A DNA stretch of 64,000 nucleotides, taken from NCBI GenBank assembly GCA_963735805.1, contig CAVTMK010000003.1:192001-256000 (forward strand). The letters run 5' to 3'. The notes beneath the pieces are model-generated. The model was given only the letters and a program-made list of their open reading frames with translations, made no database searches and had not been told where the DNA came from. Each line of letters opens with the position of its first letter. Positions within the stretch are counted from its first letter, which is position 1. Below, piece by piece: positions 19,684-29,393 of this stretch. The position numbers and the translations under genes are program-made. The DNA is from an uncultured Verrucomicrobiae bacterium (GTDB lineage Bacteria > Verrucomicrobiota > Verrucomicrobiia > Chthoniobacterales > UBA10450).

Positions 19684-20664
19684 TCACTTTTCCGGCGACG
19701 CCTTCCAATCATCGGTTGGTTCCATGACCGATCGCGGGCCGGTGCCATTTAACCAGGCCAGTGCATGCTTGTTGTCCTGCAAATATGCATCCCAGAATGC
19801 GGTCGAGAGCGCGCGGATTACGCGATGATGATTTATGTTGCGCGGCCTGCGATCGCCGGGGAACGCACGATCGAAGAAGACCGAATGATCAGCATTGTCG
19901 AGCACCACCTGATATTTCGGCGCGCCGTGCAACGCCGGATAAACCGTGAGCCGCTCTTTTGCGTCCATCTCGCCGATCGGCGCGACATCTTTTGTTCCGG
20001 TCATCAGCAGCCATGGGATTTTTACATCACCGAAGGCGCGCTCCGCCGTCTCGGATTTCGGCGTGCTCGGACTCATGATGACCGCGGCGCGAATTCTTGG
20101 ATCGGTCAGTTCGGTGCCGCTCATCAGGAACGTCTCGCCGGTTAACGCCTGGGTCGTCACCGCGCCGAAAGAATGGCCGGACATTCCGATCCGCGTCAAA
20201 TCCATTCGGTTCGCGAGCGGACCGCTCTTGTTCCAGGTTTCGAGTTGATCGAGCACCGCACGAATGTCGCCCACACGCAGGAAAAAATTCTCGAGCGACG
20301 CCGCCTTGCTTAGTGCGACCATTCGCTCCGATGGCGGCGCATTTTTCCACACCAAATCGTCGCTGCCGGGATGTTGCACGAACACCGCGAGGTAACCGCG
20401 CGCTGCCCACCGTTCGCCGAGAAATTTGCTGCCCTCACGCGATCCACCCAGTCCATGACTGAACAAAACGACAGGCGTTGGCTTATCGTTAGGCGGAAAA
20501 TAAACACGAATCGGAATATCGCGATTGCGCGCAGCATCATGCACCGTCAGGTCACGTACCCGCGGGTGAAAATTTGGATCGACGACAAGCGGATCGTACG
20601 AACCTGCCCACGCAAAGTGAACGAATAGGAGGCTAACGAGAACCACAGATGCGTAGCGCATCAT
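19684..20664 (-). CDS. Secreted alpha/beta hydrolase
   Basis: Signal peptide, FSHGLGGS, GHSFG nucleophile elbow, TGTKD, ADH. Confidence 0.85.
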   Translation of the reverse strand: MMRYASVVLVSLLFVHFAWAGSYDPLVVDPNFHPRVRDLTVHDAARNRDIPIRVYFPPNDKPTPVVLFSHGLGGSREGSKFLGERWAARGYLAVFVQHPGSDDLVWKNAPPSERMVALSKAASLENFFLRVGDIRAVLDQLETWNKSGPLANRMDLTRIGMSGHSFGAVTTQALTGETFLMSGTELTDPRIRAAVIMSPSTPKSETAERAFGDVKIPWLLMTGTKDVAPIGEMDAKERLTVYPALHGAPKYQVVLDNADHSVFFDRAFPGDRRPRNINHHRVIRALSTAFWDAYLQDNKHALAWLNGTGPRSVMEPTDDWKASPEK

Positions 20665-20928
20665 AACAGTGACCGTTTCTAGATAGTGTCAGTTACAACA
20701 TCTGCAAAGCGGCACAGGCATCAATTTTGCCGTGAACCAATGCCGTTCGCTCAAAACGCGAGCCCGTGTGTCAGAGGGGGGGCCAAGCTGAAGGCGTAGT
20801 TCGATTTCGCGACCATATTCCTATACTTCGAAGTTCACAGCTCTGTTCGCCTAGCAATCAAAATCTCGATTCAGGATCCTTACCGGCATCGTCAGTTTAC
20901 CCTCCAGTGAGTTCCGATATTATGGTAT

Positions 20929-22128
20929 ATGTCTATCCTTATTTCCGGAGCGGGCATCGCTGGCCCCACCCTCGCGTATTGGCTTTCTGTTTATGGGGTG
21001 AGATCAACCCTGATCGAACGGGCGCCACGGCTGCGTACCGGTGGTTATGCCATCGATTTCTGGGGGCTGGGCTTCGACATCGCGGAACGAATGGGGATTC
21101 TTCCGGGCCTCAAGCGCGATGGATACAACATCAAGGAATTGCGAATTGTTAACGCGCAGGGACGACGGATCGGAGGATTCAATGTAGACATTATTCGGGA
21201 GGCCGCCCATGGCCGGTATATAACGATTCCGCGCACCGATCTGGCTAAAAATATCTGCCGCAAAATCGAAGGACGTTGCGCAATTATCTTCGGTGATAGC
21301 ATCGCCGAAATTCACCAAGACGCGGATGGCGTGGATGTCGTGTTCGAGCATGCACCGTCCCGTCGCTTTGACATGGTCATAGGCGCTGACGGCCTTCATT
21401 CCATTGTCAGAAAACTGACGTTCGGCGAGGAAAACCGTTTCGAGACGTTTCTCGGTTATTCGGTCGCGGCCTTCGAGGTAAGCGGCTATCGACCAAGAGA
21501 CGAGGACATCTACATGAATTACAGCACCCCGGGGAAACAGGTAGGTCGGCTTTCGCTGCGGAATGATCGCACGCTGTTCCTGTTTGTTTTTTCTGATGAA
21601 CGAGGCGACCTGATTGACCCCGAAGATACTGAGTCGCAAAGAAAAGCACTACGCGCGCAGTTTGGTAATCTCGGGTGGGAATGCCCGCAGATTCTCGCCG
21701 CGATGGAAGCATGCCCGCAACTATACTTCGACCGAGTCAGCCAGATTCGGATGGACACATGGTCAAAAGGGCGTGTTGGACTTATCGGAGACGCTGCCTT
21801 TTGTCCCTCGTTACTCGCGGGTCAAGGTTCAGCACTCGCCATGATCGCTGCCTATGTGCTCGCTGGTGAGCTCGATCGGAGGCCCAACTCGCCAGAGCAA
21901 GCGCTAGCGCGCTATCAAGAGTTATTACATCCGTTTATGTTAGCCAAGCAACAAGCCGCGAAGAAATTTGCTACCTCCTTTACACCTAAAACACGATGGG
22001 GCCTTTTCCTGCGCAATCAGGTCATCAAGGCATTCGTCATTCCCTTTGTCGCAAAATTGATGGTAGGCGGAAGCCTTCTCGATCGCGTCGATCTCCCTGA
22101 TTACTCAAAAAAACATGCGTTTGGCTGA
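20929..22128 (+). CDS. FAD-dependent monooxygenase/oxidoreductase
   Basis: GAGIAG, GYAIDFWG, GADGLHS, GDAAFCPSLLAGQGS. Confidence 0.9.
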   Translation: MSILISGAGIAGPTLAYWLSVYGVRSTLIERAPRLRTGGYAIDFWGLGFDIAERMGILPGLKRDGYNIKELRIVNAQGRRIGGFNVDIIREAAHGRYITIPRTDLAKNICRKIEGRCAIIFGDSIAEIHQDADGVDVVFEHAPSRRFDMVIGADGLHSIVRKLTFGEENRFETFLGYSVAAFEVSGYRPRDEDIYMNYSTPGKQVGRLSLRNDRTLFLFVFSDERGDLIDPEDTESQRKALRAQFGNLGWECPQILAAMEACPQLYFDRVSQIRMDTWSKGRVGLIGDAAFCPSLLAGQGSALAMIAAYVLAGELDRRPNSPEQALARYQELLHPFMLAKQQAAKKFATSFTPKTRWGLFLRNQVIKAFVIPFVAKLMVGGSLLDRVDLPDYSKKHAFG

Positions 22129-22166
22129 CGACAAAGCCTCGCTCGCCAAAGGCGGTGGTAGAGAAG

Positions 22167-23837
22167 TCAATGGATGCCCGAGCCCCCGTGAGCAACTGAA
22201 TCCCTGCCGAATTGGATATAATAGGGATCGAAATACCAACCGGTGGCTGGAGCTGGCTGCTTCAGGACAGCATAACCGCTCGCATCGTACAAAAGCGAGT
22301 TGCTGGGGTTGCGCGAGACGCTGAAGTAATCGCCCAGTCGGATTTGCGAGGCGACAGGCGACGCGGTGCTGAGCTCAGGGTACCATACGATAAAATCGCC
22401 AAGTATTCCCACCGCGTGACTAACATAATTGCTCGGGTTGGAGTCCGCACCGCCCCAGGCAAGCGCGATACCGACTTCGCCATTACCATTCGTCGCGAGA
22501 TAAGGATCCACAAAGCCATAGGCATCGTTCCAAATCTGCCATTGCGCGATCTTGCTGAAGTTCGACGTATTGATTTCGACGACTTCTATGTGCGCGTTTT
22601 TGAAATTTGAATTGCTCGACGTGTTCCATGCGAACCAGACCTCACTGTTGGAACGGCGCGTCGCGCCCGTTATCGCATTGCCCGGCCATCCGAACGAAAA
22701 ATTGTCCGTTCCGTCGGGAGCGTTCAGTTTGATCGTGCCATTAGGCCAACTGTCGATATCGATGTCGCGCGATGAGTATTGGTTCGAACCTTCGGCCATT
22801 GAGAAAACCCGGATCTGAGTGTTCTTCGGGCTTCCTGCCCAGAAGAGCGTGTCGCCAGGATTCTGAGCGATATGCGACCCATAAGCTGTCGAGCCATCGG
22901 TCTTCGTCCCATCGGAGGGAGAGGTGTAACCCATGTTGATCGTTTGGCTGTCGCGAATCTCATTCAGCGGGATGCGGACCACGAGTAAGCCCTGGCTGAC
23001 CGCATCGGCGCTGAAATAGAGAAAATTGTCGCCAACGGATAGATCGGGGTAATCCATCGTCGTAGTACCGAGATTGAAGGTGGCGGACGCGAGATCCCAG
23101 TAGGTCCAGCCGGTAGCGCCGGCGCCAGACACGACATCCTGCGTACTGGCCGAAGCGATGCGCACCTTGTTAATGCCGGTAAGACATCCTCCTGTGCCGG
23201 TTCCGCAAAATTGCATGAGCCACACAAAGCGATCGATCTGCGGCGCGTAGCGGATGATCTGATCGCAACACAAACCGTTGTCTAGCAGGTTACCGGCCGA
23301 GTCTTTGGTTGGGCCTGAGGGAAAAATCGTCGTCGGATCGAGCTGGGTGTAGCTGGTGCCGCCATCCGTCGAGAGCATCACGCGCGTGTTATAGGAAAGC
23401 ATGATCACGTTGCCGTTTCGCGCAGCGTTTGGATCGGGTGGAGTGCCAACACTAGCGCTTGTTCCTTGCGGGTTGTACTGCGTAACAACCACGGGATCGC
23501 CTGCGCCACCGGCCGGCTTTTGCTTCTGGATTTCAAGCAGCTTGGAGCCCTGCACAGATGGCGCGAGCGTGCCACGCTGCGGTCCGGTTGGAACGATGCG
23601 TGGATGGTCTTTATTATACTCTTCTTTGGGCGCCTGAAACGGCGGATATTTCCCCCGCGGATGCTGCGGCTGCGCGATTGCCCCGTTCAAGGGCGCGGAG
23701 CTCGCTTCGCCGGACTTCTGTCGACCGCAGCAATGGCAGCGGTAAAGCCAGAAGAGCAAACCCAGGAGGAAAAACGCCGCCACAAGCACAAGAAAGATCA
23801 ACACGGCTTTCAAAAAACTATTCATGATAGACCTCAT
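22167..23837 (-). CDS. Membrane-anchored or secreted hypothetical protein, beta-rich
   Basis: Long ORF, one N-terminal TM helix, Pro-rich linker, Gly/Ser/Thr/Asn/Trp-rich body (GLCCDQ, DYPDLSVG, RLGDY); start uncertain (23828-23906). Confidence 0.8.
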   Translation of the reverse strand: MRSIMNSFLKAVLIFLVLVAAFFLLGLLFWLYRCHCCGRQKSGEASSAPLNGAIAQPQHPRGKYPPFQAPKEEYNKDHPRIVPTGPQRGTLAPSVQGSKLLEIQKQKPAGGAGDPVVVTQYNPQGTSASVGTPPDPNAARNGNVIMLSYNTRVMLSTDGGTSYTQLDPTTIFPSGPTKDSAGNLLDNGLCCDQIIRYAPQIDRFVWLMQFCGTGTGGCLTGINKVRIASASTQDVVSGAGATGWTYWDLASATFNLGTTTMDYPDLSVGDNFLYFSADAVSQGLLVVRIPLNEIRDSQTINMGYTSPSDGTKTDGSTAYGSHIAQNPGDTLFWAGSPKNTQIRVFSMAEGSNQYSSRDIDIDSWPNGTIKLNAPDGTDNFSFGWPGNAITGATRRSNSEVWFAWNTSSNSNFKNAHIEVVEINTSNFSKIAQWQIWNDAYGFVDPYLATNGNGEVGIALAWGGADSNPSNYVSHAVGILGDFIVWYPELSTASPVASQIRLGDYFSVSRNPSNSLLYDASGYAVLKQPAPATGWYFDPYYIQFGRDSVAHGGSGIH

Positions 23838-24415
23838 TTTTACGCGCTCCCATACAGCCACGCGCTCACGCGGCTCATTGGCCGATTTCCCCACTGCCGG
23901 GGCCAATAAGAAAAGACGAAACCGCGAGGCTGACCTCCCTCACGCTCTATTAGCCTGACATGCTATGCGGGACATTTCCTTGTGACAATCCAAATTTGCG
24001 GGAAAAAAACACTTCTCAGTTCCGCTCTGAAGTGCACTTGAGCGGCAGCGGCGATTCGATCAGGAAACGCGAGCGTTTTACCTTGATCTCTGTCGAAGAA
24101 TCTTTTCGCCGCACTCATCAAGCGCGTCGCAGCGACAATCCTCTACGCGCTCGCCGACTGTCTACCGGTTCTATTTCGCGGTCTATGTCCGCGGCATAAG
24201 CCGCTTCACACCGTTCTACATGGCATTGATCGATCCTTTTCGGAAACTGATCGTATATCCCTCACTCCTGCATAGTGTCCGTAATAGCTGGGAAAAGGCA
24301 TTTGGCACGGGCTGACGTGCAGTGCTCTCAGGTTCGCGAAAAAATGTGAAATAGCCTTACTCAGTTTCGGTCTGGCGGTGTCATCTTCCCTGTAGTCCGA
24401 TGAAAATGGACTGCC

Positions 24416-27262
24416 CTATTTTGCAGCAGGGGCGCCAACCAGTTTCTGGAACCGCGGATCTTCGCGCAGTGGTTCGAACGTTGGATCGAGCCTGAGCAAA
24501 GCGGGCGTGAGCGGCGGGTTTGCGGCCAAGGGTGCTTCGTACGGGATCGAAAGCAGCTTCTCCAAGGTAGAGATGGCGCGATCGGGATCGCCGGCGCGAG
24601 CTGTTATCCGGGCAAGAATTTCGAGCGGTCTCGGACCAGTCAAAGCGTCTTTCTCAATTGGGAACATCTCGATTGTGCGCTCGGCAAGCGCCAGTGCGGC
24701 GGCGTTGTCACCAAGGCACATGTTTAAAAGAGCAAGGTCTCCCATCAGGACAAAGTTTTCCGGTTGTTCTTTAAGGAAAGGTTCCAGTTCGGTACGAGCT
24801 TGGTTCCAACTTTCACGGGCGCCAGCATGGTCGCCACCAACTTCCTGTGCCCAGCCTAACCAAAAGCGCAGTTCGCCTGCGTAAAAACCCAGTGCTGGGT
24901 CCGGCGTTGCCAATATCTCCTTCAGCTGAGCGATGACTGCTGCAGGGCGCGACTCCAGGATTGCCTGGTAAACTTGCGTTTCCAACGCGTTGACGTAGCC
25001 AACCCCTAGCCGGAGCGGGGCCAGAAGCGCCGACGCACGTGGGAGGTCGCCTTCTGCCTGTGCTATGCGTGCCTTTAACACAGTGGTATCTGTGTCGTCG
25101 GGTGTTATATTGAGAATCTGCTCGAGCTTGATCAGGGCTTCGGGGAAACGACGTTGACAGACGTAGGTGCGCGCGTGTTGTGAAAGCAGGTTGACATTTC
25201 GTGGGTCGAGCTTCTCCGCTTCGTTGAAGTACGCCTCGCTTTTGTCCCAGTTACCTCGTCTGCGTTCGACATAAGCCAACCCTTGCAGGACGCGGCTGTT
25301 ATGAGGCAGGAAAGCTTTTGCCTGCTCGAGGTATTTTAAGGCAGTGTCATAATCCTTCAGGCAGGCGTAATAATAGTAACCCTTGGCTAATACAGCCTCG
25401 CCAAGATTGGGCTGTAGCCTGAGAGCTGTTTCAGCTGCCTCGCGCGCTTCGTCGCGGAGAGCGGCCGTTGGTTGAAGGCTCTGTGTCAGGTATCCGCTCG
25501 CATCGACATATGAAAGCAGCGCCCAAGCAAGGGCGAACTGTGGGTCCAATTGCACCGCCGCTTTGAGGTATTTCTGCGCGGCAAGTGAGTTCTCCGGTGT
25601 GAATGCAGTCTTTAGCGTGTAAGCCAAACCGCGCAGGTAGGCATCGTACGCCTGGGGATTGCCGGTAGGTTTGGCAGCAATAACCTCCTCTTCCTGTCCC
25701 GTTAGTTTCGCTTGTAATTGGTCGGCTATTGCTTTGGCCACTTCACTTTCGACCGAAAGAATGTCGGTCACTTTGCGATCAAACGTGTCGGCCCAAAGAT
25801 GGGAATCAGTTGCCGCCTTGATCAGCTGCACATTCACGCGTACCGCGTCGCCTCCCTTTTGCACACTTCCTTCCAAAATGTGGGCAACACCGAGTTGCTT
25901 TGCGATCTCGGGAAGGTTTTCCGGGGCACTTTTATAATGCTGTGTCGAAGTACGGGAGATCACCTTTAGATCAGCGATCTTGGATAAGCGCGTCAGGATT
26001 TCGTCCTGTATTCCCTCGGCGAAATACGCGTTCTCCTTATCGCTGGTCAGGTTTTCGAATGGCAATACTGCGATCGATCGCTCGATTGGGGCGAAAGAAC
26101 GCGTTCGCTGGTATAACCAGGTGCCGAGCGCAATTGCTGCCACTGCCAACGCTGCAACGGCGGTTGCCAGCGCGACTCTGTTGCGACGAGAGCGTGCTTT
26201 GAGATTAAATCGTTCATAACAGCTGCGGACAGCAGAAAGTAACTCGCGCGACGATTGCGGTCTCTCCTTCGGGTCATGGGCCAACATCGTTTTCAGCAGT
26301 TCAATTACCTGACCCGGAAGGTGAAGACTCTTCAGCTGTTCCAAGGGTAACTCATCAGTTTGCCTCGCACGGATTTGTTCCATCGTGCGTCCGACAAAAG
26401 GGGTGCGGCCGGTAAGCAGATACCAAAGAGTAACACCCAGCGAGTAGATATCGGAACGCGTATCAACCGGCAATTGGCTGGCTCCGGCGAATTGTTCCGG
26501 ACTGGCAAAAGCTGGCGTGCCGATGAAGCCCGCTTGTGTTTGATCCATACCAGGCTCTGCCTGAGGTCCCATTACTTTCGCTACTCCGTAATCAATCAGC
26601 TTTACCGTAAGCGCGCCGCTCGCATCGGATTCCAGCATCATGTTGGATGGCTTGATGTCGCGATGCACCACACCGCACGCCTCCGCAGCAGCCAACGCGC
26701 GTGCGGCTTGCTCAATTACTTCCAACGCCGTGGCTAAGGGCATCGGCCCATCGCGCCGAACACGTGCCTCCAATGTTTCACCATTGACTAATTCCATGGC
26801 ATAGAAGCACTCACCGTCCTGCTCTCCATAATAAGTGACCCTTGCAACGTTAGGATGATGAATGTTCGCAGCCGCGCGCGCTTCCCGCAGAAAACGTGAT
26901 CGCGCGCCGGGATTCTGTGCGACTCTGCGGTCGATGACTTTGAGAGCAACCTCTGAGTTCAACACGGTATCGCGAGCGCGATAAGTTATGGCCATTGCTC
27001 CCGCTCCAAGCTCGACCGGGAAGCCGTCCGCGCCTATTTGGACCTCAAAGTGTGCGTATTTTAATGGTCCGGGCGTCAGTCGACTCCGGGCCGCTGATCT
27101 TTCCGGTTCTTCGCCCTCCGCGAGAAAGCCAAGGCCAACAAGACAACGCAAACATTCGCCGTTCGGGCCAACTTGAGTCAGCGGTCGCCCACATGTCGCG
27201 CAGGTCTCTGCAGCTTCAGGCTGAGCGTCCGTAGCTTCGAGACCAATCCCTTTGTCGTCCAT
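24416..27262 (-). CDS. Ser/Thr kinase with TM, TolB-like domain and TPR repeats
   Basis: CATC...CLRC, VALK, HRDIKPSN, DYG, GTPAFASPE; SIAVLPFENL...LKVISRTS; helical repeats; C-terminal LREDPRFQKL. Confidence 0.93.
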   Translation of the reverse strand: MDDKGIGLEATDAQPEAAETCATCGRPLTQVGPNGECLRCLVGLGFLAEGEEPERSAARSRLTPGPLKYAHFEVQIGADGFPVELGAGAMAITYRARDTVLNSEVALKVIDRRVAQNPGARSRFLREARAAANIHHPNVARVTYYGEQDGECFYAMELVNGETLEARVRRDGPMPLATALEVIEQAARALAAAEACGVVHRDIKPSNMMLESDASGALTVKLIDYGVAKVMGPQAEPGMDQTQAGFIGTPAFASPEQFAGASQLPVDTRSDIYSLGVTLWYLLTGRTPFVGRTMEQIRARQTDELPLEQLKSLHLPGQVIELLKTMLAHDPKERPQSSRELLSAVRSCYERFNLKARSRRNRVALATAVAALAVAAIALGTWLYQRTRSFAPIERSIAVLPFENLTSDKENAYFAEGIQDEILTRLSKIADLKVISRTSTQHYKSAPENLPEIAKQLGVAHILEGSVQKGGDAVRVNVQLIKAATDSHLWADTFDRKVTDILSVESEVAKAIADQLQAKLTGQEEEVIAAKPTGNPQAYDAYLRGLAYTLKTAFTPENSLAAQKYLKAAVQLDPQFALAWALLSYVDASGYLTQSLQPTAALRDEAREAAETALRLQPNLGEAVLAKGYYYYACLKDYDTALKYLEQAKAFLPHNSRVLQGLAYVERRRGNWDKSEAYFNEAEKLDPRNVNLLSQHARTYVCQRRFPEALIKLEQILNITPDDTDTTVLKARIAQAEGDLPRASALLAPLRLGVGYVNALETQVYQAILESRPAAVIAQLKEILATPDPALGFYAGELRFWLGWAQEVGGDHAGARESWNQARTELEPFLKEQPENFVLMGDLALLNMCLGDNAAALALAERTIEMFPIEKDALTGPRPLEILARITARAGDPDRAISTLEKLLSIPYEAPLAANPPLTPALLRLDPTFEPLREDPRFQKLVGAPAAK

Positions 27263-27275
27263 GCGTAAAGCCAGC

Positions 27276-28043
27276 TTACGCCATCAATATTTGATACAGG
27301 TGCTGTAACTCCTGGTCGACATCTGCCGGATCAGAGACGGTGCCGGCGACTTCCATTCTCAACGATTCGCGGTAACGCTGCCGAAGACGCGACAGCCAGG
27401 TGCGCAGGGTGGCGATCGGCACTCCGAGTCGAGCTGCCGCTTCCTCCTGATTTGGTGGCGTAACGCTTCCGCCCGCGACGAATGGTCTTAGTTCCTCAAG
27501 CCATTCAGCTTTGCCTTCCGCGACAAATGCGGTCTCTAAATTGTCCCACGCTCGTCGGACGATGGTCGACGCCCAGACCAGATCGTAGCAAGCAGCGTCG
27601 CTGAGATGAGCAGTTGCCATCATCGCTGCTTCGGCCTCGGGAAGGTGTTCCTCAATCGAGACGAGCTGACGACCGCCACCTCTCTTTAGCGCCCGGGCGC
27701 GGTCATATTCGTTGTACAGAAAATTCTGCAGAGACCCCAGCAGAAACGTGCGGAGCCGGCCCTTTTGCTGGTCCGCGCGCGTCAGAGTGTTTTGCTCAAG
27801 CAGATGTGCGAAGAAACCCTGGACGAGATCTTGTGCGTCAGCGGATGAATGACCGCGGTGGCGCAGAAAGCTATAAAGCGGCGGCCAATAAGCTTCGCAA
27901 AACCCAGAGAGCGCCTGTTGTGACAATTCCGTCGAGTCGTCGTTTCGCGCACGCAACACGACCGTCCAATGCGTCGTTTGAAACGAAGCACCGCCCTCCT
28001 GAAGCGTTCCCGGGATTGCTTTCGTTCGCGCAGGGTCGCTTAC
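27276..28043 (-). CDS. ECF sigma factor of the kinase-associated type
   Basis: FQTTHWTVV, YWPPLYSFLR, DAQDLVQGFF, KGRLRTFLL, KRGGG, region-4 HTH; frame stays open upstream of the 27959 call and the best start position is a GTA at 28043. Confidence 0.85.
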   Translation of the reverse strand, partial: VSDPARTKAIPGTLQEGGASFQTTHWTVVLRARNDDSTELSQQALSGFCEAYWPPLYSFLRHRGHSSADAQDLVQGFFAHLLEQNTLTRADQQKGRLRTFLLGSLQNFLYNEYDRARALKRGGGRQLVSIEEHLPEAEAAMMATAHLSDAACYDLVWASTIVRRAWDNLETAFVAEGKAEWLEELRPFVAGGSVTPPNQEEAAARLGVPIATLRTWLSRLRQRYRESLRMEVAGTVSDPADVDQELQHLYQILMA

Positions 28044-28147
28044 TAAATCTGATTTTGCGAGAAAATTCGCGTCGTAGCGCTGTAACTGTCTCGCTGTGTC
28101 GAGGCGTTGCGACGCGTTCGGCGGTCAAGCTGCTCGTGACTACACAA

Positions 28148-28342
28148 TCAGTATTGGGCGAAAAGCGTACTCTTGCTGCTTGCGTTCTGGACGGACAAAG
28201 AAATGTCGGAGCCCTGCAAACTTGATTGGCTCAGCCCGGCGCTTCCGTGTTCGCTTCCTTCCTGGGCAACAACGCCTATGGTCAAAGCCGCGAACGCCGT
28301 TGCTACGGCGGCTGCCACTTTCGCTTCGACTGATAGCTTCAT
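28148..28342 (-). CDS. Small secreted hypothetical protein (64 aa)
   Basis: MKLSVEAKVAAAVATAFAALTIGVVAQ signal-peptide-like start; ATG overlaps the upstream stop (ATGA). Confidence 0.6.
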   Translation of the reverse strand: MKLSVEAKVAAAVATAFAALTIGVVAQEGSEHGSAGLSQSSLQGSDISLSVQNASSKSTLFAQY

Positions 28343-28566
28343 ATTCCAGAAGGCTCGTTGACCAGAGCGATAGCTGACTCCGTGGGCATGTGTCTTAGAG
28401 AAATCTTCAGACCGAGTTCTCTCCATCCGCCATCGAAATTGAATGAAGCCATGCTCTGCGCCAGCAATGGATCGTGACTGCGGCTCGTCGCCCGAAAAAG
28501 TGAACGCGAGGCGTCGCGCATCTGTTCAAAGAGTGTGACGCAGAGGTCTTTCATATTTCGTTTCAA
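28339..28566 (-). CDS. Small hypothetical protein (71-75 aa)
   Basis: 4-nt start/stop overlaps with both neighbours; alternative ATG at 28554. Confidence 0.5.
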   Translation of the reverse strand: MKRNMKDLCVTLFEQMRDASRSLFRATSRSHDPLLAQSMASFNFDGGWRELGLKISLRHMPTESAIALVNEPSGI

Positions 28567-29117
28567 ATAGATGAGGTTAACGGGTTGGCATCAGCGCGCT
28601 CAGAATCGGGGCAGCCTGCGAAAATGCGCACAAAAGAGGACTGCAATCTCTGCGAAACCTGGCCTGCGCGTTTTGCCCAATAATCGAACCAGCTTAGCGA
28701 GGCGTCGGCGAAAAGCTCTGTCCGGACAACTTCCGGACAGACATTCAGCGTTTTGCAAACGTTCACGAACGAGTAGGGCCAGGAGAAATCATTTGCAATG
28801 GCCCAGTCATGGGCATCGACATACAATTCCCGCCTTACTCCCCTGGCCGCGGAGCGAAACCGGCGCAAATCGCGGGCCGCCTGTTCCAGCACGCCCAGAG
28901 CGAGCTCTTTCTCAGGCGCCGCTGCTTGCAGCTGGGGCGCAGGAACAAAGAAATGTCCGCTGCGAGCGTTATCCGATTTCGCACTTAAAAATGCGTCCAT
29001 CGCCTCGCGCGATATCCGCGCGGTAGGCTGCTTTACGCTGTTTTCGTGGTTCGGAAACAAAGCAAACGGCCCGCTGAAACCGGTCTTACTAAGTGGATCT
29101 TCTATGAGGAGGTTCAT
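28563..29117 (-). CDS. Hypothetical protein with a small helical domain
   Basis: 184 aa; PEKELALGVLEQAARDL...DAHDW...WPYSFVNVCKTLN segment looks like a real folded domain; AT-rich upstream region. Confidence 0.7.
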   Translation of the reverse strand: MNLLIEDPLSKTGFSGPFALFPNHENSVKQPTARISREAMDAFLSAKSDNARSGHFFVPAPQLQAAAPEKELALGVLEQAARDLRRFRSAARGVRRELYVDAHDWAIANDFSWPYSFVNVCKTLNVCPEVVRTELFADASLSWFDYWAKRAGQVSQRLQSSFVRIFAGCPDSERADANPLTSSI

Positions 29118-29393
29118 GTCAGTTTCGGTTGGTTGACTCGATTGTGTTCTCCTTTTCTCAGGATTTTTTTGGCCGACATTTCAAAAAAAATATATTTTTT
29201 ACGCCAGTGACATCCAGACGGCTGGTCGACAGGAGACCCCGCGGCGCCTGGTTCCATTAACTAAGGCCTTTGTTGTTTAGCCACCTTCGGTTGACCGCGA
29301 GTGTCATTACAACCGTAAGGGAGGGACGCGAATCCCTCCATCGAGGGTCTCGTTCCGGTTTGCTTGTCCGGCACGCGGCGTAAACTGTGTGAA

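Noticed and set aside
2776..24320. Sigma54-like TGGCAC sites at about 2778, 3148 and 24303
   Set aside because: None has GC at the required distance from GG
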